NCBI GenBank assembly: GCA_013265495.1
Contig: MU057847.1
Coordinates: 269,260 to 333,259, forward strand
DNA from: Vicugna vicugna
Lineage: Eukaryota
DNA length: 64,000 bases
Reading direction: 5' to 3'
The notes under the pieces were generated by a model. The model was not told where the DNA came from and did no database searches. It saw nothing but the letters and a program-made list of their open reading frames with translations. The translations under genes were made by a program, and so were the position numbers. Of the stretch, positions 24,163 to 38,036 are shown in pieces. Each line of letters begins with the position of its first letter. The first letter of the stretch is position 1.

Positions 24163-26400
24163 GTTCAGTTCAACAAATATTTCTCAAATGTCTATTTTTC
24201 AGGTACTATGTTAGCTGCTAGAAATGCAGAGATAATAATAACTAGTTGCAATAGTCAAGAATTACCAAGAGTTGCTCTGTTTTGTTTTACTATGTCAGAC
24301 CCTCTACTAGGTGCTTTAGATATAACATCTTATAATACCTCATTTCATTTTTTCCATTACCCTATGAGGTATTCTTATCCCCACTTTACAAATCAGAAAA
24401 AGGAGGCTCAGAAAGGTTAAATAATTTGCCTAAGGTTACACAGCTAGTACAGAGTAGAGGTGGGACTTAACCCGAGGTATATCTAATTCCAAACTTCACA
24501 ATCTAACCCACTATACCATACTCTTCAGAGACCATTAAGCTTTAAGACCCTCATGGAGAAGTGGCAGATATGCACTCAAAGAGAGAGTTTCAAATTTTCA
24601 TGCTAAATGCTAAGACAGAGGTATGCCTCCAGTGCTGTGGGAATAACCAGCATAGCATGTGGATTTCTAGGAGCACAGACTCTGGAGCCAGAGAGAGAGC
24701 CTGGGTTTGCAGTCTGACTTGGCTACTTATCAATTATGTGAACTTGGACAAATTAAACTTCTGTGTGCCTCAGTTTCCTCACCTGAAAGAGGGATAATAA
24801 AAGAACCTAACTCATAGAGTTGTTATGAGGATTAAAAGTGCTTAGAATAGTTCTTGGCACATAATAAGTCCTATTTGTATGTTAAATAAAAGAAATAAAC
24901 TTAACTCTGAATTTGGTTACAGGGCAGGCTTCTTGAAAGGGCTGATGCCTGAACTGAGTCATAGAGGATGAGTAAGAGTTAGCCAGGTGAAGGAAGCTGG
25001 GAAAGATGGGCCAGGCAGGTGAGGAGAGCATCATTGGTGGAGCTTAAGTAGAAGCAGCTTGCTAATTTTAGACTAGAGTGTACAGTGCAGAACAGAAAGA
25101 GATAAGGGGCAGATCTGGAAAGGCCCTGTATGTCGCTTGATGGAGTCTGGACTTTATTTTATAGGTAACAGGGAACCATGGAAGGGAAGGGTTTTATGCA
25201 GGGAAACAATATGGACAGATGTACATGGGAGTGTAGATTTGTTATATGGTCTGAAATTTTAAAATACTCGGCACAGTGTGAGAGATACACACACCTATAT
25301 ATGCACATGAACGTATATACATATACCCGAGGGACAGTTAACATCCCAAGCCCTCCAAGAGGAACACACTCTAGCAATGCTTAGTTTGCATCTAAAAGAC
25401 TCTAGCTGGGAGTCCACACTCCAAATGAAGCGACTGCGAAGCTTTAACCAACCTACTAAATCTACACTAGAGGGTTTGCTCATTACTGTAAGGGATGTTA
25501 GACATGAACTCTCACTAGTAAAATAAATGGTGTTCTAGATTTATGGGCTGACATTTGGTCTGCCCTCGCATGAATGGAGCCTAAAAAACTGGTGATTCTA
25601 AGTCTAGGAATCCACTGGGTTCTGCCTCCTGACACTTAATGGATGACTTTGTCACCTTATCTGACGACATGTGCTTCAAGTGAAACTTTCCTGCATGGGG
25701 CTTAATGGATCTTATGAAGACAGTTTGTAGGATTATGTCTAGCTGCTAGTAAATGTATGCTTGGCAGAAGTGGGTCAAAATCCTGTCCTATTTTCAATAG
25801 AACATACCACCTGGTATGGGAGATTGTGGGGATGAGGATGACAACCCAGAGCTATCTCTAGTCATTGGAAGCTACTGATATTCACTGAAAAGTACCAGAC
25901 AGTGTGAGAAGCTAAACTGGCTTAGATCAATTTGCAGTAGGATTAAAGGAGGGTAAACATGCAGGAAGGGAGACAAGTTAGGAGGAGGCTCCTGCAAGAG
26001 GTTCAAGCAATAGACGATGAAGATCTGAACTAGGACAGTGACAGTGAGTAAGAAGAAGAGAGAATGGAGTCAAGAAATATTTCAGAGGTAAAATCAGGAA
26101 GTCTTGGTGAGCCCTTGGATCCCAGGAACAGTTTGTGATAATTTCCAGGTTTCTTGTCTGAGTGAGTTGGAGACGGTGACATTCACTGAGGTAGGGGCAT
26201 GATAATAACAAGGGGAAGAGAAAGTTTGGGTTGGGGGCAGGGGCAAGCATTTTAATTATGCTTTGGATACATTGAGCTTAACATCCATATGGGTAAATTG
26301 GATAATAGAAGCCTAAAGCTCAGGGGTAAGTCGAGGCTGGGACTAGAGATGGGATGTCATCAGCGCAAAAGGACTAGAGAATACTTTAAGAGCAGATGAA
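24163..26400 (-). mobile_element. Fragmented L2 (-) with MIRs at ~24235-24520 (-) and ~24650-24895 (+)
   Basis: L2 end 'ttcaacaaatatttctcaaatgtcta'. MIR cores 'ccactttacaaatcagaaaaaggaggctcagaaaggttaa' and 'tctgtgtgcctcagtttcctcacctgaaa'. Non-L2 gap at ~25260-25890. Confidence 0.75.
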
Positions 26401-26461
26401 TCTTCAGCTGCCGTAACACAAAGTCAGTAGATGATGTTTTAAAAGTGTTTGACAAGAAACA

Positions 26462-27092
26462 GTAGAATGTGGAAAACAGCATGGTAGTTCCTCAAAAAGC
26501 AAACAGAATTACCATGTGAGTCAGCAATTCCATTTCTGGGTATATACCCAAAAGAAATGAAAGCAGAGACTCGAACAGACATTTCTATACTTGTGTTCAT
26601 AGCAGCATGTTCATAAAAGCCAAAGATGGAAAGAGCTCAAATGTCCATCAGTGAATGAATGGATAAACAAAATACATTTGTGTGTGTGTGTATGTCATAC
26701 ATACATAATAGACTATTATTCATCCTTAAAAAAGAATAAAATTCTGAGCTATATTACAACACGGACAACCCTTGAAGACATCTGCTAAGTGAAATCAGAC
26801 AGACATCAAAGGACAAATATTGTATGATTCCATTTATATGATGCACCTAGAATAGTCAAATTCATAATGACAAGAACTAGAATAGTGGCTACCAGAAGCT
26901 GGGGAGGAAGGGAATGAGAAGTTATTGTTTAATGGATATAGAACTTCAGTGTGAGATGATGGAAGAATTCTGTAGATGGATAGTGGTGATGATTGTACAA
27001 CAATTTGAATGAACTTAATGCCACTGTACACTTAAAACTGGTTAAAATGGTCAATTTTGTGTGATGTATATTTTACCACAATAAAAAAAAGA
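26462..27092 (+). mobile_element. L1MB 3' end
   Basis: 'gtggaaaacagcatggtagttcctcaaaaa...gtatattttaccacaataaaaaaaa'. Confidence 0.9.
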
Positions 27093-27949
27093 AATAGCAT
27101 GATAATCATATTCTTTTAAATGATGGAGGTAAATACCATAGGGAACACTTCAAAGAGTGATTGCTTCTGGGAAGCAGGAAAGGGGTGGGCATAGAGACTT
27201 CTGCTTATCATTCTAAGCCTTTGGTACTCTTTCTTTTTTTTAAGCTATATGCAAGTATTACATTGAAGAAAAATATTTTAAACTGGAAAAAAAGTGGATG
27301 AAATCATTCAAGATGAGTTTGAGGAGTTGGTAGAAGAATAGTTACCTTAGGGTAAAGGTAAGAAACAACAACCCACTAAAATAAGGAAATAGAGAGGGTT
27401 ATTACAAGGATACAGGGGAATCACACTGAAATTTCCTGCAGGATGCACAGCGGCACCTCACTGAAATTCACAAGTTATCTGGGTGCCATCTTCTGGGCCC
27501 ACTCTCATCACTCCCCTCTCTCCCTCTTATTCCACTCACAACTCTTCCCCTCTCCTCCCTCCTCTGTCTGCTAATCCACACCTCTCTTTGGCTCTTGATC
27601 TCTTCCTTGTTTCTCTGGGAGTGCTGCCTTTATTTCCCACCCCCTCCCCTCTGACTGGTACTGTCTTCTAGTCACTTGTCCACTCACATACAGCCAACAC
27701 TAGCATCAGCCTCTGAATCAACTTGACCTCCTTGCCTGATTTCCTGCAGTCAGCTTTCTCCATCTCATTGCATTCCTGGGAGAAGGGACTCCTGCAGAGA
27801 AGGTGTCCACCTTCAGTTAAATATCCATCTCTGGTCATTTTGGCTGCATCCTGAGGCTTTACCAATTCTTCCTGAGAGATCCTAGGTTGGGAAATATTGC
27901 AGTAAAGAAGATTTAAGCTACGTGTTAACCCCAAATATAACTACCATCA

Positions 27950-28350
27950 AATAAGATCCTTGAGGAACAGAGGAGAAGGAGAATCAGGAGAAAAAAAAGC
28001 CAGGGAAGAAAGAGTTTCGAGCAGGTGAATGGTTAAACAGTGTTAAACACTGCAAAGCAAGATCCCTTAAAATAAAGACTAGAAGGTGTCCACTGAGTTT
28101 GGCATTGGGGTGAATGAAAACGAAGGCTTAGATCAGGTATGGACCATTCTTTCAAGAGGCTTGGATGACAAGGGAATACCTGAGGGGGAACACAGGTTGA
28201 AAAGATTTTTGTTTGTTTTTATTAAAACAAAATAGAGGTTTGGTTGTGGTTACAGGTGTGGCAGGGTAGAAGGGAAGTGCAAAAAATTAAGAGATGGACT
28301 GGTGAAAAGGTTGGTGTTGAACTGAAGAAGCGATCCATTATCCTCTGAGA
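27950..28350 (-). mobile_element. L2 fragment
   Basis: 'agccagggaagaaagagtttc...aagactagaaggtgtccactgagtttggca'. Confidence 0.6.
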
Positions 28351-31300
28351 CAGGCCGGAAATCATAAGAACTGCAGTTGTACCTTTTCAGTTCAGAGTTA
28401 GTCTTATATTTGCCTGACCAACCCTGACCACGGAGCTACTGTTACCAGAGGAAAAGAGGGCAAAGGGCAGAACCCAGGAGAACGCCAACACTTAACAATG
28501 CAAGCAAGTGTCAACTTCAGATCTGCTCGTTCAACGTGAGTCTTTAGTTTGGGTCTAGCTTTCCCTACCATTGAATGGCTCTGGGTCCATTCTTAAACAC
28601 CTACCTAATTGGTTTCATGCCCCAGGAATACCAACCAATAACCTTTACAAATCATAATTAGAAAGGAGAGTATGTGGCAGTAAAGTCATGTACCATATTC
28701 TGGAAAGAAGACAGGAATGGGAATCTGAGAGCTGCCACCTTCCCTCTCTGGGCCTCCGTTGTTTCTTCAGCTCCTTTGGTTGGAACACTCTGACTTTCAC
28801 ACTTTGACTTCTGGCTTATCTATGCTTGTCTTGTAGCTGTCTTAATGCTCTCCTACATTAATACAAATGGGTGGAAGCTTACCACATTCTTTTCAAGCTC
28901 ATGATAACAGGAAAAATATCCAAGGAACCCAGATCATAACAAAATATGGTAAGCAAAAAAAAAATCAGAGTCAAAGGGTAAAAATGTGATTGACTTCTTG
29001 CTATTAATTTCAGCGCCCAGCTGTACAACTGTAAGGCTGTGTTCCCTTGAGATCAAATCAACGGTTCAAAAGTGGAAAACTCCAACCACCTTTTTTCTCT
29101 GGTCAAATCAAGATTCACTCCCTGTCCCTGCTAACTTTTGAGGAGATAGTAAATAGTTTCCTCTCTTCATAACATCCCTCACAGTTGTCAAAAGCATTAA
29201 GATTTTAATATACATAAAAGAAAAGGTGTTTAACTATCATCCTCAACTATTCTTATGCAAACTTCAGAACTTCATTGGGGGAAACTGGACTAGGGACAGT
29301 GTGCCCTGCCCATTCTCTTCCATATAGCCAGCCAGCTGGGAACAATTCACCAGTGTCAGCCTAGGTTCCTCATTCCTATTCTGAAGTTTAAAAATACTTT
29401 AATACAAGTACGATTGTGAAGAAAGATCATGCCGTTGTTTCTACAGAAAGATGGTACAGCTGATTTATATGTAAACCATATTCTTTCAGCTCTTTTTCCA
29501 GGGTTGAGGATGGAATCAGTCAACATCATCTACACCTTCACCCTCTGGTGACCAAACAGCTTTCATTTGTGCCCAGCGATAGAGGTAAAAGCAGTGGCCA
29601 AGAAATTGACTTGTTCACTTATATCCGACCCAAGACCATGAATCACACATGCCTGGAACTGCATATGACAGTAGTTTAGTCAACTTCTTTCATTAGATTG
29701 ACCATGTCACCTGGCCCACCCCACCCAGGCCATGTGTAGACATAGGCTGAGTCCCCAAACTTCAGTACTGAACACCACAGGCAAAGGCTCTGGCTTAGAG
29801 AACTGGCCAAGTTCTCAGTTTCTGCTTCAATCTGTGAAGCAGAGTCAGTCCCTGAGCAGGGCATGGGGGAAGCACACTGCCTTCTCTTTTCCGGACCAGG
29901 GCAGGTAGAGGTGAAAAAGATGGGGATGGCTCGGCTGCCAGCCTTTTCAGCAGATGGTATCACCACCGTGAGATAACTAGCATGCAGTCCCACAGCTGGG
30001 CTGGGTAAAGAGAATGAGAACTGAAATGGAAAATCAGATGAACAAAAATGCAGGGGAGGTTGCTGCCCTGGTTGAAAATGTTCGTGACTTGACATGAAAG
30101 GCTCCGACTGCACTGGCTCTAAAGATGCATTTCTTTCCCATTTGCATTTAGGTCTCCAACACTGAACTAGCTTCCTAGGTGCACTTCACTTCTGCTCTTT
30201 CTCAAAAAGCACTTCCTCTGCGACTATTACTTTGCCAAGGTCTGGACTATCAGAATGCTCAGTTCTTCCGCTTCCTGGGCCACACCACAGCACACCTGCT
30301 TGGAGTCCAGGTGCCACGGCTGGAACCCATCAGGAATGACACTATGCTGTTCCGGTGCTTCCACTGTCAATCTGTTACTGCACTGATTTCAACAAGGGCT
30401 GCTGTCATTATACAGTTTGAATCTGTTTCTGAACTGAGATGCTAAATTGTACTTTTGATTATTCCTTTGCTGTTTTAAACATCCTTTTGACGCACTAAGA
30501 GTCACTGATACCTAAATAAAATAAGCAGCAGTCTATTTCATGAACCATTAGATTGAAAATGTTCAACTCAAGCACAATCTACTAATTTACTAATTGCTGG
30601 CCTATGGCTAATTAACAGAAATTAGCTGTGTTCCTGGCAGGCACACCGACCATTACTTCACTAGTTGTACATGTCTAGGGGTTGAGGGGAGGCTATAAAA
30701 TAACACTGGTGAACAAGACGGAGGTCCTGTTTGACCCCGGGCAGGAGGGAGCTCACTTTTTAAATGCCGCATGCAAGGCTTGTCCTATTGCCCTCAGTTC
30801 CAAGAGAAGTTCAGCCCCCCGAGACCGAATCCCCTCCCTTACAGGAACTGACTCAATTCATCCTCCACCTGAAGTCTTCACTACTTGGCAGCTGAGTTCC
30901 TTTCACAAGTATGACTTCCACAGTGGCCTGCCTTTGGGGAGAAGGAGAAAAGGCTATAAACACAAAAGAAGGGGAAACTGAATAAAAAAGAAAGCTCCCC
31001 TACAGTCAGAGGGTGCCCTTCTCCTCAGCTCAGGCTAAGCACGCTGGATTCATAAACACTCTTCTATTGAATTGGGTTTCAGAGCTGTTACTTAGTGTTG
31101 ACTCAGTAGGTAGGTAAGACAAAAGCAAACAAGGCAGCTAGCTCTCCACCTCAAAAGTGGGGCCCACTAGGGCACGATCCAGGTATATTTATGAAATAGG
31201 CAACTTTTGTTCTTAGCATGTCCCAATTCGTCTTTTGACACCCCCCCCCACTTTTCAGCCCACCTCCCTGGGTTCCAGTATCTCTTACTGCCACTCAGCC

Positions 31301-31979
31301 TTGTAGGGTCATTCCCTGACCCCACCTCTAATTTACGCTGGGGTTCCCAGTCCTTAGCACTGAGCACCACTCTGGACCTGTCTCACAATTTAAATCAGAA
31401 GGTTTTTTGCTCCAGTTCCTCAGGGCCCAACTTCACAATGGGATACCCTCATAAGTGACCATGTTTGCATTCTTGGAGAGAATTCTGGAATTCCTTAGCT
31501 TAAATGAGTGATTCAAATGGTAGAAATTTCTGACATGATTTTGGGGTACTCAGGAAAGCAGTTTAAGAAAACTCCTTAAAACATTACCTCCTAGGCAACT
31601 GTACTCATTCCTTTGTGTGGGACTGGTTCTAGAACCACATGGAGGCTCTTGGGCAAGAAGCATATGTCTAGAAGTCCACTGGCCACTGGTGTCCTGGTAG
31701 GTTTCCCAAGTGGTGAGGGGGTAATTCCAGAATAGTTCAGGCAGTCAGAGATGCTGCTTTCTCACTGTAGAACTCTACAATGCTTGTGTAGAAATTACTT
31801 CTTGCTTCTCCACTTTTTTTCATCAAAAGAAACAGATTAAGAACTGGCTAAGAGAAATGTTAATTGTCAGTCATTTGACCAAAGGTGGTTTCATTGCACA
31901 TAGATTATACTGTTGCTATACTATTACAAAGCCTGCCTAGAGAACTAACCTGAATAGAATTGGGGAATAATTCTTAAGT

Positions 31980-32335
31980 AAAAAAGGTGCTTAAATGAGT
32001 TATTGATAGATGCAACAATGTGATGAACCTTAAAGGCATTATGCTGAGAGAAGCTGGTTTCAATATTACCTACTGTACAAGTCCATTTATATGACTTTCT
32101 CAAAAAGACACAACTGCAGTGATGGAGAACACATCAGCGGTTGCCAGGGTTTGGGGGTGGGGTGTAAGTAACGACGAAGGGGCAGCATTAGTGAGTTTTG
32201 GGGGATGAAGGAACTATTCTGTATCTTCATTGTAGAGGTCGTTACATGAATCTATACTTGTGTTAAAATTCACAGAACTGCATAACAATAAAGTCAATTT
32301 TTCTACATACTAACTTAAAGCTAATATTAAGAGAA
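31980..32335 (+). mobile_element. L1MC/ME 3' UTR fragment
   Basis: 'gtgatggagaacacatcagcggttgccaggg...tgtgttaaaattcacagaactg'. Confidence 0.8.
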
Positions 32336-33047
32336 AATGTACTGTTCCTATTGTTTTTTTAGTCCTCTGTGAAGTCAAGTTTCCCCTCTATAAAAATCAA
32401 GTAAGTTCAAGATGCTCCAGGTCTGGAGAACAGGCATGAAAAGGGCTTTTAGGAAGAGATCATGAAAACCCTCTGAGTGCCTCCTAAAGAAGGTGTTGAA
32501 TCTACGAAGAAGGTGGAGCATATGTTTGGAGGTTTTGGCCAAGCAAAGGACTGGGGTTTGTGGCCAATCATCCATAGTCTCTGGTTCCCCCTCATAGGTT
32601 CTCTTGCAGTCAGAGCCAGCTGACTGACGAGGATTAGGGGTGGTGTCTGTTCACCATGCAAAGTTAACAAGTCCATTCAGGCCTCACGTGTTGACTCCAT
32701 GGACAATGATCAGGCCAGTGATTCCTATTTCAGAAGGGCTGGGGAGGGGACAGGTTGAGGTACCCTATTTTGATTTCCTAGTGCTGCCCTCTGATATGAA
32801 GCAAATGCTTGCTTTTTTCATGAAAGTGATTTTTAATTAAACTTGGCTAATAAGAATTTCCAGAAGGTGAACAATGCCTCTCTGGATTATGAGAGGCTCC
32901 TGAACGGGCGGCATACTCAAGCTAGGAAAGTCACTGTTCTTTGTTAACTATCCAGTCTGCTAGTCAGATGGCCAACTAATTTCATGCCCACATATTAGCC
33001 AGACTCCTTAGTCCAGCTTCTGGCAAAATGTTCAAGGCCCCAATTTT

Positions 33048-36000
33048 TTGTCTTTTTTTAAATTAAACTTTTTATTTTTGAGGTCATTGTAGAGTCACAT
33101 GCAATTGTAAGCAACGTGAGATAGCACGCACTCTTCACTCAGTTTCCCAAAGTGGTAACATATTGCAAAACTGTAGTATAATATCACAACCAAGGTATTG
33201 ACACTGCTACAAACCATTGATCTTGTCCAGATTTTCCCAGCTTTACTTGTAATCATTTGTTTGTATGTGTCTGTATATTGAGTTGTATGCAATTTTATCA
33301 CAATTTTATCATGTAGGTTGAGGTATCCACCAACACAGTCAGAACTGTACTATCACCACAACCATCCTTCCTGCTCCCCCTGCAGCCACAGTCACCTTCT
33401 ATCCACCAGATTCCCTAGCCCCTGGCGCCCGCTAACCTATTCTCCATCTCTGTGTTTTGTCATTTCAATAGTCTTATATGATCATACAATATATATACAA
33501 CAGAATATTACACAGACATAAAAAAGAATGAAATAATGCCATTTGCAGCAACATGGATGGACCTAGAGATCATCATACTAAGTGAAGTCAGTCAGACAGA
33601 GAAAGACAATTATCATATGACATGATACAAAGGAACTTATTTACAAAACATAAAGACTCACGCACATAGGAAACAAACTTATGGTTACCAAAGGGGAAGG
33701 GGGGCAAGGAAAAACTGAGAATATGGGATTAACTGCACACTACCATAAATAAAGTAAACAAGGATTTACTGTATAGCATAGGGAACTATATGCAATATCT
33801 TGTAATAACCTATAATGGGAAAGAATAAAAAAAGAATATAGATATATACATACATATGTATAACTGAATCACTTTGCTGTACACCTGAAACACACAATAT
33901 TGTAAATCAACTATACTTCAATAAAAATAAAATAAAATAAAATAAATCATACACCATGTAACCTTTTAAGCCTGGCCTTTTCTCACTCAGCAAGATTCCC
34001 AGGAGATTCATTCAAGTTATTGCACAAAGTTCTTTTTATTGCTGAGCAGTATTCCATGGCACATTATATCCTACAGTTTATTTAATCATTAATCTGTTGA
34101 AGAACACATGTATGAGTGATCCAGTTTCTTGGGATCCTTGTCAGCATTTGCTGTCACTATTTCGCATTTTAGCTATTCTGATAGGTGTGTAGTAATACCT
34201 CACTGTGTTTTTTTGATTTGCATTTTCCTAATGACTAATGATGTTGAACATCTTTTTATGTGTTATTTGCCATCTGTATATCCTCTTTAGTGAAATGTCT
34301 GTTCATATCTTTTGCCCATTTTCTTTTTGAGAGTTTGAGTTTTGAGAGTGCTTTATATATTCTAGATACAAATCCTCTGTTAGATACGCAGTTTGCAAGT
34401 ATCTTCTCTGGTCTGTAGCTCATCTTAATAGGATTTTTCATAGAACAAAACTTTGCAGTTTTGATGAAATCTAATCAATAGTTTTTCCTTTTATGGACCA
34501 TGCTTATGGTGTCAAGCCTAAGAACTCTTTTCCAAGTTCTAAGCTATGACGATTTTTTTTCCTGTGGCTTTTTTTCCCCACAAGTTTTATAGTTTTACAC
34601 TTTAAGTCTGTGATCCATTTCAAGTTATTTTCTGTATACAATGTGATGTTTAGGTAAAAGGACTCTAGGTCCTTTGCGTTTCCATATAATTTTATAATAA
34701 GTCTTTCTATAAGAATCCTTGCTGGGGTTTTGATAGAGATTTCATTAACCTATAAATCAATTTGAGAGAACTGACATCTTTAATATGTTGAGTCTTCCAA
34801 TCCATGAACACAGTAAGTCTCTCAAATTACTAATGTCTTCTTTGAGTTCTTTCATCAGGGTTTTGTCATTTTCAACATATAGATCCTGTACACCTGATAC
34901 TTCATTTTCTTTGGAGCAACTATAAATGATGTTGTATTTTTTACTGTTAACGCTGTCAAGAACTTCCAGTACAATGTTGAATAGAAGAAATAAGAGCAGA
35001 CATGCTTGCCTTGTCCCAATCTTCAGAGGGAAGGCATTCAATTTTCACTATTAAGTATAATGTTAGCTGTATGGTTTTGTAGATGTTCTTTATCAAGTTA
35101 AGGAAGTTCCTCTCTATTCCTATTGTACTGAGAGTTTTTATCATGGATAAATGATGAATTTTATCAAATGTGTGTTTTTGTGCCAGTTGATATGATTTTT
35201 GTTTAGTCTGTTCACATGGTGGACTACACTGATTTTTAAAATATTGAACCAGGCTTACATACCTTGAATAAATCCCACTTGGTCAGGGTGTATAATTCTT
35301 TCATACATCCTTGGATTTGTTTTGCTACTGTTTGGTTGAAGATTTTTCTAAGTTCATAAGAGATATTTGTCTATAGTTTTCTCTATTTTTTGTACTGTCT
35401 TTGTCTGGTTTGGGTATCCTCCTGGGATTCTGATATGAATGTTGGATCTTTTGTTATTTCCCACAGGTTTCTGAGGCTCTATTTTTTTCCCTAGTCTATC
35501 TTCTCTCTGTTGTTTAGACTGAGTAAATTCTATTGGTTTATCCTCAAGCTCACTGATTCTATCCTCTGTCATCTTTACTATCCTATTGAGCCTATCCAGC
35601 AAGTTTTTAATTTCTGTTATTGTATTTTTCAGTTCTGTAATTTGTTTGGTTCTTTTTTATAACTTGTTATTTCTTTGCTTAGCTTTTTCTCTTTTTTTTT
35701 CATTTGTTTCAAGAGACTTTGCAATTGCTTATTGAAGCATTTTTGTGATGCTGCACTGAACTCTTTGTCAGATAATTCTAACATCTGATTCATCTTGGTA
35801 CTGATGTCAGCTGACTGTCCTTTCTCATTCAGGCTGTGATTTTCTGCTTCTTGGTATGATGGGTGATTTTTTATTGTATTCTGGACATTTTGGCTACTAT
35901 GTTAGGAGACCATTTAAATCTTCTATTTCAGCAGGCAGTCACTGTTTAGGTTTAGCACACAGGTCCTGGCCAATTTTTGTAGGCTGTGATTTCAATGATG

Positions 36001-36757
36001 ATTTACTTTTCAGGGCCTCTGTGGTGCTATTTTGGTCTGCTTGGTTAATGCGGTATTGATGGGGCCCCCACTGGTCCCTGCTGGTGCTGCCTGGGGGAGC
36101 AGAAGGTGCCTCACTAGGCTGGGTTGCCTGATGCATCCGGGTAGAGGAAGTGAGTCTCTAGTCTGTAGAAACAACAAACCTTCTCTGGCTTTGCTTATTC
36201 TGGTGGCACCCCCACTTGCCAGTGCTATATGCCCTCCTGGTATCTCTTATGGGAAAAGGAGATCCTCAAGACCATGGGGAAAAAGGCTTTCTGAGCCAGA
36301 CTACTTGCTGTGGTGGGATTTCCCCTTGATGGCGCTTTGGTCACACAGTATCTTTTGGTGGCATAGGGCAGTCTCTGGCCTGGTGGGAAAGGAAAGCACT
36401 TTCCCTAACTGCTCACTGTCAGTGGGGCTCCCTGCTAGATTTCCTTTGCTGGAGTTGCCATGTCCACCTGGTGTTGTCAGCAGAACTCCCATTCAATCCA
36501 GAGAAAGCAGCAGCCTACCCGAGTCACTGTCTGTTGCTTGGTGGGGGTTGGGAAATGTTAGGTCTGGGTCCCCCTTTTCTGCTGGCTACCACGGTGTTCC
36601 TCCAGTCCTGGAATTCCTAACCATTCTGTGTTCCTCTTTACATCTTACAGAATTCTCCTTTGGTTGCCCCTTGAATTATTTCTAGGATTTATCATTATAC
36701 TTAGCTGGGAGGAGCAGGGAGAAATGAGTCCATGCTATCTTGTCCAGACTGGAAGTA
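33048..36757 (-). mobile_element. L1MD-like element with both ends but extensive internal deletions
   Basis: 3' UTR from 33050, ORF2 remnants (AFPLKIGTRQAC), ORF1 remnant (EDRISELEDKPIE), 5' UTR. 5' terminus reads acttccagtctggacaagatagcatgg on the minus strand. Flanking ccaatttt at 33040-33047 and 36763-36770. Confidence 0.85.
33489..33945 (+). mobile_element. L1_Art-like 3' end with (AAAAT)n tail, nested in the L1MD
   Basis: 'aatgccatttgcagcaacatggatggacctagag...ctatacttcaataaaaataaaat'. TSD atcataca at 33481-33488 and 33946-33953. Confidence 0.92.
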
Positions 36758-37232
36758 GAAGACCAATTTTGCAGTGGTTTCTGCTGCAGCTTCTCCTAGG
36801 AATGACTCATCTGTCACCCTTTTCTTGGCAAAGAGAAGCTCAGGAGGTTTTGCTGTGGTTAATGTAACAAGCTCCCAGTTTGGGGGGTTTGTTTGTGTAT
36901 GTGTGTGGTTTTTGGTTTTTGAGAAGAAAGGTTGGAGAGATGAGTCCTGAAAGAGTAACTGTGTTACAGTGGGGCAAACACTCTGATAGGATGCTGAGTC
37001 TGCTGTGGATCTGTCTTGCCTAAAAGATAATCCTATGTCACTGTACTCACAGATCATATTTGAGGAGTCAGAACAACCAAAATTCAGTATTTTCAGACAG
37101 GATGGAGGCAGAAAATAAGATTTTAAAATATTATTCTTCCTTTGCCTAAACCTTGGCACATCAGTATGTGATATACTCTGTGCAGCCCTGGTCCTCAAGG
37201 AAAACAAGATGCCACTGGAGAAGACTGCTTGC

Positions 37233-37666
37233 TACAGTAGGCTGAATTGTGATCCCCAAAGATGCCCATGTCCTAATCGTTGGGATCTGTGAATATGTTA
37301 TCTTACATGGTAAAAGGGACTTTGCAGGTGTGATTAAGTTAAGGATGTTAAGATGGGATAGTAGCCTGGATTATCCAGGCAGACCTAATCTAATTACAGA
37401 GTCCATATAAGAGAGACAGGAGGGTCATAATTACAGAAGGCAATGTGAAGCCGAGGTCAGACAGTGAGAGAGATTTGAAGATGGTATGTGCTGGCTTTGA
37501 AGATGGAGGAAGGGGCCATAAGCCAAGGAATGCAAGTGGCTTCTGGAAGCTGGAAAATGGCTGATTTTAGACTTCTGATCTCTAGAACTGTAAGATAATA
37601 AATTTGTGTTGTTTTAAGTCATGAAGTTTGTGGTAATTTCTTATAGCAGCAACAGGAACTAATACA
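37233..37666 (+). mobile_element. MaLR solo LTR (MLT1D-like)
   Basis: 'ggtaaaagggactttgcaggtgtgattaagttaagga...gctggctttgaagatggaggaaggggcc...gaactaataca'. Confidence 0.9.
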
Positions 37667-37815
37667 CTGACAGAGGGCAAGTGACATGATCAGCAGGGAG
37701 GTCACGAGATATTATAGAATAGGAGGAACATGGCTGCTGCAGAAAGACATGTCAAAGACATGAGACTCCAGTCTGGGAAGGTAAAACCTGAAAGGAGACT
37801 GACTCAAACTCTAGA

Positions 37816-38036
37816 CCACTGCTAAAAAATAGAACTTTCTGTGATGATGGAAATGTTCTGTATCTGCACTCTCCAATATGGTAGCCACTAGCCACATGTG
37901 ACTACTGAGAACTTGAAATGTGGCTAGTACTACTGAGGAACTGAACTTTTAATTTGATTTACTCAATTAATTTATATTTAAATTTAAAAAGCATGTAGCA
38001 CATGTAGCTAGTGGCTACTTGTATTAGACAGAGCAA
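37816..38036. mobile_element. MER3 (hAT-Charlie)
   Basis: 'aatagaactttctgtgatgatggaaatgttctgtatctgcact.tccaatatggtagccactagccacatgtg'. Confidence 0.9.

Noticed and set aside
36032..36685. Longest ORF in the window (217 aa), antisense to an L1 5' UTR (ORF0-like idea)
   Set aside because: Non-ATG start, lies in a relatively GC-rich decayed L1 5' UTR where long chance ORFs occur, and has no recognisable motif.
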